Shown here piece after piece: positions 18,391 to 28,663 of a stretch of 64,000 nucleotides of DNA. How positions within the stretch are numbered: position 1 is the first letter of the stretch; every line of letters begins with the position of its first letter. Below the pieces are notes generated by a model. The model was given only the letters and a program-made list of their open reading frames with translations, was not told the origin of the DNA and did no database searches. Made by a program: the position numbers and the translations under genes. The stretch spans positions 5,875-69,874 of the forward strand of contig JAZOPN010000054.1 in the NCBI GenBank assembly GCA_045655565.1, in the 5' to 3' direction. The stretch is from Eubacteriales bacterium. Its GTDB lineage: Bacteria > Bacillota > Clostridia > Oscillospirales > CAG-272.

Positions 18391-18436
18391 AGAGCGAAGT
18401 TATCGTAAAAAACGATAGTTTCGCTCTAATCTTTTT
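18391..18436 (+). terminator. Terminator after pfkA
   Basis: AGAGCGAAGTTATCG / CGATAGTTTCGCTCT imperfect stem followed by AATCTTTTT. Confidence 0.55.
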
Positions 18437-18507
18437 ATATTTTCATGTTTTTAAGGTTGAAATTCTGTGAATTCCCTCTTTCTATTTAATGCTCTTTTTC
18501 TATTTAT

Positions 18508-18560
18508 AAAAACCTCTTGCAGCAGATGCTTCTATCCTACTACAAGAGGTTTTTGTTTTT
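18508..18560. terminator. Bidirectional hairpin between pfkA and the antiporter gene
   Basis: AAAACCTCTTG ... CAAGAGGTTTT with an A-run upstream and TTTTTGTTTTTG downstream. Confidence 0.6.
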
Positions 18561-18702
18561 GTTTCTTTGCAGAGAGCAATTTTGATGAAGCCAATTCCGG
18601 TCAACCTATAATACTTGCTGGCAGGACTTCATTCCAAATTCTACTTTATGCACCATAGATGGATTTAACCCGTATAATACGGATGATATCAGGCTACGCC
18701 AA

Positions 18703-19746
18703 TTACGGGAACATAGGAATAAGCACGGTCTGGCAGACGATGAACGCCGCGTAGATGGCAAGAAGTGCTATACCCTGCATGCGCGATAGCTTACCGCGGA
18801 TAAGTGTCGGTATGGTCATAATAGCCATTACAGCGAGCATAACTGGGATATCTATGACAAAGGATGCGTTCTGACCGAAGATGGTCGCCTCAACGGGTAC
18901 GGGGAATGGCTTTATCACAATGGATACACCCGACACAAGCACGAGGTTAAAGAGGTTCGCACCGATAATGTTACCGAGAGATAGCGAGCCGTGACCCTTA
19001 ACCAGCGAGGTAATAGCTGTGACAAGCTCGGGAAGGGATGTGCCGAGAGCAACTATTGTTAGGGATATAACCGTCTGCGGTACGCCAAGCTCGACAGCTA
19101 TAATTGTAGCATTGTCAACAAGGAAGTCGGCACCGATGGCAATTACAACAGCGCCAATCACAAGAAGAAGCCCCTCGCGAATAACCGATGTTCTCTCGCC
19201 CTTTACCTGCGCCCAGACGTTAGCCCAAAACGAGAGCTTCTCGTCACAAACCTCAGGCTCCTCAAGCTTTTCTTCCTCATCTTCGGGATTTGCTTTCATA
19301 TTGATGACATTCATCACCATATATACCACGAAGCCACAAAGCAGAACAATACCTGCCCAAAGTGGGAATTCTTTGAATATGTATGCAACCAAAACATAGA
19401 AAATAGCTGCGCCGAAGAAGAAGCAAACAGGGAATATCATTGTGCGTCTGTCAGCCTTAGCAGGCTTGATAGCGATTGTAACGGCGGCAATAAGCGAGGT
19501 GTTGCATATAATCGAGCCAATAGCATTACCATATGCCATAGCACCGTTACCTGCCATAGCACCACCTGCCGAGACCATAACCTCGGGCAGCGTTGTACCG
19601 ATAGACACAACGGTCGCACCTATAAGAAGTTCGGGAAGATGAAATCTGCGCGCAATTCCTGTCGCGCCGTCAACGAACCAGTCACCGCCCTTTATGAGCA
19701 TAACCAGTCCTACTGCGAATAGCAAAATTGGGACTAAAAGTTCCAT
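18703..19746 (-). CDS. Ca2+/Na+ antiporter (CaCA / YrbG family)
   Basis: 347 aa. Two alpha-repeats (GTTLPEVMVS.. and GTSLPELVTA..) separated by an acidic loop. Confidence 0.85.
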   Translation of the reverse strand: MELLVPILLFAVGLVMLIKGGDWFVDGATGIARRFHLPELLIGATVVSIGTTLPEVMVSAGGAMAGNGAMAYGNAIGSIICNTSLIAAVTIAIKPAKADRRTMIFPVCFFFGAAIFYVLVAYIFKEFPLWAGIVLLCGFVVYMVMNVINMKANPEDEEEKLEEPEVCDEKLSFWANVWAQVKGERTSVIREGLLLVIGAVVIAIGADFLVDNATIIAVELGVPQTVISLTIVALGTSLPELVTAITSLVKGHGSLSLGNIIGANLFNLVLVSGVSIVIKPFPVPVEATIFGQNASFVIDIPVMLAVMAIMTIPTLIRGKLSRMQGIALLAIYAAFIVCQTVLIPMFP

Positions 19747-19970
19747 AATATCCTCCTAATATTTTTTCTAATACCAATTCTACCACAGCAATATGCAAAT
19801 TGTCAAATACTTTTCATAATATATTATTGAGCCTTTATTAAGCCGTCGTGGAAACCTGTAAAAATCGCCCAAAGCGCGAACAAGTGTAACACTTTTCCTA
19901 CCTCGGCATACAATGCTATCGGGGAGAGGCATCTCCATATTCAAAAGAACATATAAAGAGAGGCTACGCT

Positions 19971-20063
19971 ATGCGTATCGTTGTAATAAAATCTCCAAGG
20001 TTTCTCTCGCGCATACTCGCGAAAATCTTCGGCATCTCCGACAGCCAAAAGGGGCAGAAATAA
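19971..20063 (+). CDS. spoVM: Stage V sporulation protein M-like small protein (30 aa; absent from the ORF track)
   Basis: ATG preceded by AGAGAGG. MRIVVIKSPRFLSRILAKIFGISDSQKGQK aligns with B. subtilis SpoVM MKFYTIKLPKFLGGIVRAMLGSFRKD as I recall it. A sigma-E-like -10 (CATACAAT) lies at 19907-19914, and a terminator follows. Confidence 0.7.
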   Translation: MRIVVIKSPRFLSRILAKIFGISDSQKGQK

Positions 20064-20093
20064 GATTAGGGTGCTATGGCACCCGACATAAAG

Positions 20094-20129
20094 AAAAAGG
20101 GGTTATAGCAATGCCATAACTCCTTTTTT
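20094..20129. terminator. Bidirectional terminator (spoVM / dnaJ)
   Basis: GGGGTTAT..ATAACTCC stem (one G-U pair) flanked by AAAAA and TTTTTT. It lies between the convergent spoVM stop (20063) and dnaJ stop (20149). Confidence 0.7.
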
Positions 20130-20148
20130 GCGTGCTTTCACGCCTATA

Positions 20149-21312
20149 TTATCTTCCAAACAGCTTAGCGAAGAAGCCCTTGCGTGGCTCACCGTCCTCA
20201 CCGACATTATCGGCGAATTGTCTAAGCAGTTTTTTCTGCTCCGGTGTCAGCTTGGTAGGTGTCTGTACCCTAACTGTGAAGATGAGGTCGCCCTTTGCCT
20301 TTTTGCGTATCGAGTTGAAGGACGGTATGCCCTCGCCCTTGATAGAGAATTCTGTGCCTGTCTGCGTGCCCTCCGGGATGGTGAACTTCACCGTCTTGTC
20401 ACCAAGAACAGGAACATCTATCTCGCCACCGAGTGCTGCCTCGGCAAAGGAAATCGGTATCTCTAAGCGAAGGTCTGAGCCATCGCGTGTAAATATTTTA
20501 TGGGGTTCAACGCGCACCTCAATAATGAGCGATCCGGTCTCACCGCCAAATTTACCCTCATTACCCTGACCGCGAAGAATAACCTTCTGCCCATCGGCAA
20601 TACCTGCAGGGATGGTAACGCCATACTTCTTCCTAATCCTAATCCTGCCCTTACCGTTACAGTTGCTACAAGGATTTTTAACCACTCTACCTGTGCCGCG
20701 ACAGTTGTTACAGGGGGACTGCGTCTGGGTGTATCCAAACATAGTACGCTGATTTACAGTCACATAACCCGAGCCTTGACACTGCGGACATCTCTCGGGC
20801 TTAGTACCCGGCTCGGCACCTGTGCCGCCACAATCACCGCAGCTCTCAACACGCGCATAACTAACATCCTTATCACAGCCAAATGCAGCCTCCTCAAAGG
20901 ATATACTAATACGAGCATAAAGGTCCTCGCCATCCTCGGGCATAGGAGATGAGCGTCTTGAATTTCTGCCAAACCTCGAGCCGCCTGTGTTTCCGCCAAA
21001 GAATGAGGAAAAAATGTCCTCGAAACCGCCGAAGCCCTCGAAGCCACCAAATCCGCCGAAGCCCGAGCCACCACCTGCTGTGGGGTCAAACGCCGCGTGG
21101 CCAAATCGGTCATATTTTCCCTTCTTCTCTTCATCCGAGAGAACCTCGTACGCCTCGTTCAGCTCCTTGAACTTCTCCTCCGCCTCCTTGTCATCGGGGT
21201 GCAGGTCGGGGTGATACTGCTTAGCAAGCTTTCTATATGCTTTTTTTATCTCGTCGGCACTCGCGCCCTTAGCGACGCCCAGCACCTCATAATAATCTCG
21301 TTTTTCTGCCAT
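20149..21312 (-). CDS. dnaJ: Chaperone DnaJ
   Basis: J domain ([11 protein letters not shown]), G/F region, four CxxCxGxG zinc motifs. Start placed at ATG 21312 (SD GAGG), which gives [13 protein letters not shown]. Confidence 0.9.
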   Translation of the reverse strand: MAEKRDYYEVLGVAKGASADEIKKAYRKLAKQYHPDLHPDDKEAEEKFKELNEAYEVLSDEEKKGKYDRFGHAAFDPTAGGGSGFGGFGGFEGFGGFEDIFSSFFGGNTGGSRFGRNSRRSSPMPEDGEDLYARISISFEEAAFGCDKDVSYARVESCGDCGGTGAEPGTKPERCPQCQGSGYVTVNQRTMFGYTQTQSPCNNCRGTGRVVKNPCSNCNGKGRIRIRKKYGVTIPAGIADGQKVILRGQGNEGKFGGETGSLIIEVRVEPHKIFTRDGSDLRLEIPISFAEAALGGEIDVPVLGDKTVKFTIPEGTQTGTEFSIKGEGIPSFNSIRKKAKGDLIFTVRVQTPTKLTPEQKKLLRQFADNVGEDGEPRKGFFAKLFGR

Positions 21313-21351
21313 ATCAGCCTCGTAAAGTTTTGTTTGCATAAAACACTTCTA

Positions 21352-21377
21352 GGGCGTGTCGTTTCCTTGACACGCCC
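21352..21377 (-). other. Intercistronic stem-loop between dnaK and dnaJ
   Basis: GGGCGTGTC-N8-GACACGCCC perfect 9-bp stem in the 79-bp spacer. It is built from an inverted pair of the over-represented 9-mer (see findings). Confidence 0.6.
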
Positions 21378-21391
21378 CATAGTGTCACTAA

Positions 21392-23239
<1,848 letters not shown>

Positions 23240-23295
23240 TTATATATGTTTTTTAATTAATCTATTTTGTGGGGACACGCCCCGGGTTATCATAC

Positions 23296-23829
23296 TTAAT
23301 TTACGGTCTTAACCATAGCGAAGCGGATAATCTTGTTTCCGCGCCTGTACCCCTTTTGGAACACATCGGTTATCTCATTATCTCTTCCGCTATCGTCCTC
23401 ATCGTGCATAATGGCGTTATGAATATTCGGGTCAAACTGCTCGCCCGGAGCACCGAACGCCTCAACACCGAGTTTGGTGAGCACAGCGTTTGTTGTCGAT
23501 GATATCATAACCAAACCATCACGCACCTTGTCGCAGTCATCAAAGCCACTCGCGCGCTCAAGATTATCTATAATAGGAAGAATTTCGGTCACAACATCGG
23601 CGAGTGCCGAGTTATACACGCCCTCGCGCTCCTCTCGTGAGCGGCGACGGAAGTTGTCATACTCTGCCGCAAGCCTCAGGTACTTGTCATTCATCTCGGC
23701 CGCTGCCGTCTCAAGCTCGGCTATCCTTGCCTCAAGCGCCGCGACATCTGCCTTCTTTTTTTTCTTAGGTGCCGCCTTAGGTGTCTCCTCGGGTGTTGTC
23801 ACGCCATCCTGCTTTATCTCTTCTGCCAT
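23296..23829 (-). CDS. grpE: Nucleotide exchange factor GrpE
   Basis: 177 aa. Coiled-coil N-terminus plus GrpE C-terminal pattern (..YLRLAAEYDNFRRR..GYRRGNKIIRFAMV). Confidence 0.9.
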   Translation of the reverse strand: MAEEIKQDGVTTPEETPKAAPKKKKKADVAALEARIAELETAAAEMNDKYLRLAAEYDNFRRRSREEREGVYNSALADVVTEILPIIDNLERASGFDDCDKVRDGLVMISSTTNAVLTKLGVEAFGAPGEQFDPNIHNAIMHDEDDSGRDNEITDVFQKGYRRGNKIIRFAMVKTVN

Positions 23830-23849
23830 ATCTGTCTCCTAAAATATAC

Positions 23850-24929
23850 TTATTCCTCGTCTTTGCCGGGTAAAAGCCCACGCCCCGTGTCGAGTTTTTC
23901 CTCGCCGAGCATCTCTATTCCGGACGCTAGACGGCTAATCATATCTATTACCTTGTGGTAGTTCATGCGCTTAGGGCCGATGACGCCTATCGCAACCTGA
24001 CTTCCAGCAATGTTGACATTCTTGAATATCAGGGTTGTACCCTGCATAACATCGCCATCATTCTCTGTGCCGATATAAACCTGAATACCGTCAGATGCAT
24101 CACCGCGAGAGGTGATGACCTCCATCAGCTTATCCTTTTCCTCAAACATACCAAGCAGACCTCTAAGCTTGGTAGCGTCCGAATACTCGGGGTATTCAAG
24201 AAGCCTGGATATACCGTCCAGCTTAACATCTGCCGAGTCAAGCTCGGACATCGCCTCGTATATCACCTTGGTTGTCGGATGTACCATCTCGGATGCCGAG
24301 CCCATGATAGCCTCAAGCCTCATCGTGGTGGGCACCGTCATCTCGTCACTCGTGAGATTGACAAGGTAGATATTCAGTGCCTCGGTAAACCTGCGTAGCA
24401 CATTTTCGTCTATCGAAAAGCCGAGGTGTACCGTCTTAGTCTTGACGACATCTCTGCCAAATGACATGACGAGCAGGAAGTTTTTCGCGTCAAGCAGAAC
24501 ACTGTTAAATCGTTCTACCCTCGCTCGACCGGAACCCGACTTGAATGCTATGCCGGTGTACTCAGTAAAGGTGGATGCAAGCCTGGACGCACCTGCGAGA
24601 ATATCGTCCATCTCGGAGAGCTTATGCCTTAGCCTCTCGTTAATCTCGTCTATCTCGCTACGCGTCTCGGCATACTGATTTATCAGAGACTCAACATACA
24701 GCCTATATCCCATAGCCGAGGGCACACGGCCGGCCGAGGTGTGTGGCTGAACAAGATATCCCATTGACTCAAGCTCCGCCATCTCGTTTCTTATCGTGGC
24801 AGGGGATGCGGGTATCGCCACATCCTGCGAGAGATATTTAGACCCAACAGGCTCACCGTGAGTGATATGCGCATCAACTATCGCGCGTAAAATCTCGAGC
24901 TTTCTGGGTGTTAACCTTTTGTCCTTCAC
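23850..24929 (-). CDS. hrcA: Heat-inducible transcription repressor HrcA
   Basis: GTG start. N-terminal winged helix (RKLEILRAIVDAHITHGEPVGSKYL). 359 aa. First gene of hrcA-grpE-dnaK-dnaJ. Confidence 0.9.
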   Translation of the reverse strand: MKDKRLTPRKLEILRAIVDAHITHGEPVGSKYLSQDVAIPASPATIRNEMAELESMGYLVQPHTSAGRVPSAMGYRLYVESLINQYAETRSEIDEINERLRHKLSEMDDILAGASRLASTFTEYTGIAFKSGSGRARVERFNSVLLDAKNFLLVMSFGRDVVKTKTVHLGFSIDENVLRRFTEALNIYLVNLTSDEMTVPTTMRLEAIMGSASEMVHPTTKVIYEAMSELDSADVKLDGISRLLEYPEYSDATKLRGLLGMFEEKDKLMEVITSRGDASDGIQVYIGTENDGDVMQGTTLIFKNVNIAGSQVAIGVIGPKRMNYHKVIDMISRLASGIEMLGEEKLDTGRGLLPGKDEE

Positions 24930-24979
24930 GGTTCCCCCTCTCCGACACTCTCATCTTTTTCGTCTTGTTTTAGCAGTTT

Positions 24980-25006
24980 TTAGCACTCATTGATGTTAAG
25001 TGCTAA
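24980..25006. promoter_or_regulatory. CIRCE operator (HrcA binding site)
   Basis: TTAGCACTC-N9-AAGTGCTAA, one mismatch to the consensus TTAGCACTC-N9-GAGTGCTAA. It is 50 nt upstream of the hrcA start. Confidence 0.85.
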
Positions 25007-25019
25007 CAGTTACACCTAT

Positions 25020-25048
25020 AATATATCCTATTTTCTCCGCTGTGTCAA
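25020..25048 (-). promoter_or_regulatory. Sigma-A-like promoter of the hrcA operon
   Basis: Minus strand TTGACA-17 nt-TATATT, ending ~13 nt upstream of CIRCE. Confidence 0.6.
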
Positions 25049-25186
25049 TATATTGACTATAAAATTATGTGAACTTTTTGTTAACAATTATCCCTCTCGG
25101 AATTCAAGTGCTAAAAATCGGGATTATATTGGCGCGATAATTTGATACATTCTCGCCCTTTTTCGGACAGCTCATACAATTTTCTC

Positions 25187-25215
25187 TTGACTTTACTTCA
25201 TATATATTATATAAT
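25187..25215 (+). promoter_or_regulatory. Sigma-A-like promoter for rny
   Basis: TTGACT-17 nt-TATAAT, ~115 nt upstream of the ATG at 25332. Confidence 0.6.
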
Positions 25216-25331
25216 ATAATCGTATGAGTATTGACGTATTCACGAGGGTTAGTGAATTAAGTATATAATCATATAATAATTTTCTGTTTTTTTCACGATA
25301 TAGTCAATATATTTCGTGTAAGGAGGTGTAA

Positions 25332-26879
25332 ATGCAAGTAGATATTATTTGGCTCATTCTGGGCATTGTCGTATCTGCCATAGTCGGCGTGGTTGTCGGC
25401 TTCTTGGTTAGAAAGGCATCTGCCGAGGCTAAAATAGGCTCTGCTGAGGAGCAGGCGAAGAAAATTCTTGAAGATGCTATCAAGAGTGCTGAGAGCGCTA
25501 AGCGTGAATCTATTATTGCCGCTAAGGATGAGATTTTCCAGATTAGAAAGACCGCTGATGACGATATTAGAGAGCGTCGTAAAGAGGTTTCTAGGCTTGA
25601 GAGGCGTATTCAGCAAAAGGAAGAGAGCCTCGATGCTAAAATTGAGACTATTGAGCGTCGCGAGGCCGCCCTCACCGAGAAGCATACCGAGGCGGACAGG
25701 CTCCGCGATGAGATCAAGACCACTCTTGCCGGTCAGGTTGCTATGCTCGAGAAGATCGCGGGTATGACAAGCGAGCAGGCTCTGGCGGAGCTTATTGCAA
25801 GACTTGACGAGGAGATGGCTCACGAGACCGCGATGAAGATCGCGGAGTATGAGGAGAGCTTCCGTGATGCGGCCGATACCAAGGCTAGGGCGATACTCTC
25901 CCAGGCTATTCAGCGTTATGCGGCTGACCATGTAAGCGAGATTGCAATATCCACAGTACAGATACCCAGTGATGAGATGAAGGGTAGAATTATCGGTAGA
26001 GAGGGTAGAAATATTCGTACTATCGAGACACTCACAGGCGTCGACCTCATTATTGATGATACGCCCGATGTTATCACGGTATCCGGATTTGACCCTGTGC
26101 GCCGCGAGATTGCGCGCATAGCGCTAGAGAAGCTTGTTAGCGATGGCCGTATACATCCCACTCGCATCGAGGAGATGGTTGAAAAGGCGCGCCGCGAGGT
26201 TGACGGTGCTATCAAGCAGGCGGGAGAGAGAGCAATATTCGAGACCGGTGTGCACGGACTGCACCCCGAGGTTATCAAGCTGCTCGGCAGAATGAAGTTC
26301 CGTACATCCTACGGGCAGAATGTTCTGCGCCACTCTATTGAGGTTTCTATGCTGGCAGGCGTTCTCGCTAGTGAGCTTGGCGTAGATGTTACTATGGCTA
26401 AGCGTGCAGGTCTACTCCACGACATCGGTAAGTCTATGACCGCAGAGGTCGAAGGCTCACATATCCAGCTTGGTGTTGAAATCTGTACCAAGTATAAGGA
26501 AAATAAGGACATTATCCACGCGGTTGAGGCTCACCACGGTGATGTCGAGGCTAAGACCGCGCTCGACTTCATTATCCAGGCGGCTGACGCCATCAGTGCT
26601 GCTAGACCCGGCGCACGCAGAGAGGATGTCGAGAACTACATCAAGCGTCTTCAGAAGCTTGAAGAGGTCGCAGGCGGCTTCGAGGGTATTGAGAAGGCGT
26701 TCGCTATCCAGGCCGGCCGCGAGGTTAGAATTATGGTTAAGCCCGACGTCGTTGATGATGACAGGATGAAGATCCTCGCGCGCGAGATCGCGAAGAAAAT
26801 CGAGGGCGAGCTTGACTACCCCGGTCAGATCAAGGTCAGCGTAATCAGAGAAAGTCGTTTTGTAGATTACGCGAAGTAA
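25332..26879 (+). CDS. rny: Ribonuclease Y
   Basis: N-terminal TM helix, coiled coil, KH domain (GRIIGREGRNIR), HD domain (LLHDIGK..HH). 515 aa. Confidence 0.92.
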   Translation: MQVDIIWLILGIVVSAIVGVVVGFLVRKASAEAKIGSAEEQAKKILEDAIKSAESAKRESIIAAKDEIFQIRKTADDDIRERRKEVSRLERRIQQKEESLDAKIETIERREAALTEKHTEADRLRDEIKTTLAGQVAMLEKIAGMTSEQALAELIARLDEEMAHETAMKIAEYEESFRDAADTKARAILSQAIQRYAADHVSEIAISTVQIPSDEMKGRIIGREGRNIRTIETLTGVDLIIDDTPDVITVSGFDPVRREIARIALEKLVSDGRIHPTRIEEMVEKARREVDGAIKQAGERAIFETGVHGLHPEVIKLLGRMKFRTSYGQNVLRHSIEVSMLAGVLASELGVDVTMAKRAGLLHDIGKSMTAEVEGSHIQLGVEICTKYKENKDIIHAVEAHHGDVEAKTALDFIIQAADAISAARPGARREDVENYIKRLQKLEEVAGGFEGIEKAFAIQAGREVRIMVKPDVVDDDRMKILAREIAKKIEGELDYPGQIKVSVIRESRFVDYAK

Positions 26880-26894
26880 TCTTCCTTATTATAT

Positions 26895-26932
26895 AAAAAG
26901 GATGTATGGGAAAACTCATACATCCTTTTTTT
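26895..26932. terminator. Bidirectional terminator (rny / AbrB-like gene)
   Basis: GGATGTATG-N8-CATACATCC stem flanked by AAAAA and TTTTTTT. Confidence 0.75.
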
Positions 26933-27104
26933 CATCTTTATTTCTTGGAGAAAGCTCGTATTCGGGGTTTCTAACTAAAACGCCATCCTTTGTTACAACG
27001 AGTTCGACCACCCCATCAAGCAAAAATAACTCTCTCATTTCTTTAGGTATAACTAGCCTGCCCAACCTATCAAGTTCTTTCAAAACTCCAATACTATCTT
27101 TCAT
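26916..27104 (-). CDS. AbrB/SpoVT-family DNA-binding protein (62 aa)
   Basis: ..LDRLGRLVIPKEMRELF..VELVV.. SpoVT-AbrB swapped-hairpin motif. Start moved to ATG 27104 (SD GGGGGAAG) instead of the 90-aa track ORF. Confidence 0.75.
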   Translation of the reverse strand: MKDSIGVLKELDRLGRLVIPKEMRELFLLDGVVELVVTKDGVLVRNPEYELSPRNKDEKKDV

Positions 27105-27218
27105 ACTTCCCCCATATGTGTAGGATTTCACACAAGACATTTTACATCTTACATTTCTATTATACCTCGGATATAATATATTTGTCAATACATCACTATT
27201 AAAAATGTAGGTAAAAAG

Positions 27219-27455
27219 ATGAAAGAATACGGTACTATAAAAATAAAACTCGACGAGGTTATAAAGGTGCGCGGCATCAGTAAGAACAAACTAAGCCACA
27301 GAGCAGAAATGCAGAGAACGCAGATAAACAACTACTGCAAGAACAAGATAACAAGACTTGACACCGATGTTTTGGCTAGGCTTTGCACCGTTCTTGATTG
27401 CAGGATAGAGGATATTCTCGAGTTTGTTCCGGCAGACGAGGACAAGAAAATATAA
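27219..27455 (+). CDS. XRE-family helix-turn-helix regulator (78 aa)
   Basis: ..RGISKNKLSHRAEMQRTQINNYCKN..LDTDVLARLCTVLDCRIEDILEF, a short Cro/C1-type HTH. Divergent from the AbrB-like gene. Confidence 0.75.
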   Translation: MKEYGTIKIKLDEVIKVRGISKNKLSHRAEMQRTQINNYCKNKITRLDTDVLARLCTVLDCRIEDILEFVPADEDKKI

Positions 27456-27613
27456 TTTAATCGCTTATTTAAGCTGTCCTTTTTATTTCGGCACAACCTT
27501 ATATAAAGATATACACATTATTATTGGGCTATTTTTTAGGCATAATTCTCGTTTTTGTTTAGATACCCCAATTTAGGGTATGTTTTATCACCTTTTGCGA
27601 TTTTTTACATAGG

Positions 27614-27774
27614 TATAGCCGAAGAGCGCCGAACTCATAAGGTTTTGAAATATAGATTTCCCCATATTCTTCACTGAATTTTTCTTAAATTTCGTACTTT
27701 ACAAGGCTCGGTGCGACGAAAGACGCTAGAATTTGCTGATGAAAGACTTGTTAGTTCGGCGCTCTTCGGCTATA
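27614..27774. repeat. 22-bp perfect inverted repeat with 117-bp spacer
   Basis: TATAGCCGAAGAGCGCCGAACT (27614-27635) and its exact reverse complement (27753-27774), in non-coding DNA. Confidence 0.85.
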
Positions 27775-27775
27775 A

Positions 27776-27821
27776 CAAAAAGAGGGATCTTGGCAATCAT
27801 CTGCCTTGATCTCTCCTTTTC
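27776..27821. terminator. Terminator after the PPTase/RNase J unit
   Basis: GAGGGATCTTGG / CCTTGATCTCTC imperfect stem with T-runs on both strands. Confidence 0.55.
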
Positions 27822-27847
27822 GTTTGGTTTTTGGCTGATTTGTTAGT

Positions 27848-28663
27848 TTAATTAATCTCGCCGGGATTGACATCCTCGCTAAAGAGGGCTGCAACAGAGA
27901 GCGAAAATCTGCGACCGCCCAGCTCGCCCATAGCGCACTCGGTATATGTGTAAGGTAGGATATCCCCTAACCTCTTTAGGTCGCGAAATCCACCGCCGGA
28001 CGCCTTTAAGGTTGCCTCAAGAGATGTCCACATAAGCGTTATATCCTCGGCATTTCCTACTGCTTTACCAGTCGTTTCACGTGTGGCTCTCCCTGTCGCT
28101 TTACACCTCGGGAGTACGGCTTCTTCGATGCTTGTCGCGCCGCCACAGAATCCGAAATTTCCACACTCATCAAGCTCGGCTAAAAGATATGTAACACCGA
28201 CACTCGGTAAAATATCGCGTTCAGCAATGGCACCAAAATGCGAAGCATAGCGCGCAAATAGATGCCTTGCGCGCACACCATCCATAACCCACTCGATATC
28301 TACTCCTATGTTAGGGGGCGTGTCGAGTTTTTGTATTTTTTCATACAAAGGATTGTTTTCCGGCTCGCCCGTTCTACTTGCTTTTCCGCCAGCGGTGGCA
28401 AAGGCAAGCGCGACAATTTTATCTCTATGCGATAGGTTGATTGCTACGCCGCCCTCGATATAGGGCTTGCCATCCTCGCTAAACCTTATTGGTGGCATAG
28501 CCTCACCATACAGCTCCTTATAGCACCGAGATAGCGCGATATATGCACAGGCTCGCTCGGCACCTCTTGGCTCACTCATATCTAGTAATACAGGAAATTC
28601 CTTGCCTATATCAAGACGCGCCGTGTCCAGCCTAGAAGTGTCAACTACTACAACCGTTATCAT
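27848..28663 (-). CDS. Sfp-type 4'-phosphopantetheinyl transferase
   Basis: EDGKPY..AINLSH, IGVDIE and WTSLEATLKASG motifs. Contains a ~50 aa insertion. Its ATG overlaps the RNase J stop (ATGA). Confidence 0.7.
   Translation of the reverse strand: MITVVVVDTSRLDTARLDIGKEFPVLLDMSEPRGAERACAYIALSRCYKELYGEAMPPIRFSEDGKPYIEGGVAINLSHRDKIVALAFATAGGKASRTGEPENNPLYEKIQKLDTPPNIGVDIEWVMDGVRARHLFARYASHFGAIAERDILPSVGVTYLLAELDECGNFGFCGGATSIEEAVLPRCKATGRATRETTGKAVGNAEDITLMWTSLEATLKASGGGFRDLKRLGDILPYTYTECAMGELGGRRFSLSVAALFSEDVNPGEIN

Noticed and set aside
19913-20119. 68-aa track ORF in the antiporter-dnaJ spacer.
   Set aside because: It is in a different frame from the SpoVM-like 30-codon ORF, which has an SD, a family resemblance and a terminator. 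The 68-aa frame reads through two hairpins and has no SD.
26916-27455. AbrB-like + XRE divergent pair as a toxin-antitoxin or defence module.
   Set aside because: Both products are small DNA-binding proteins and the genes are divergently transcribed rather than forming a bicistronic operon. No toxin-like partner (PIN, MazF, HipA, etc.) is nearby. Ordinary transition-state or sporulation regulators are more plausible.
28072-28087. parS-like TCGTTTCACGTGTGGC inside the PPTase gene.
   Set aside because: Only the left half-site and the CACGTG core match. There are about 5 mismatches to TGTTNCACGTGAAACA, and the site is not palindromic.
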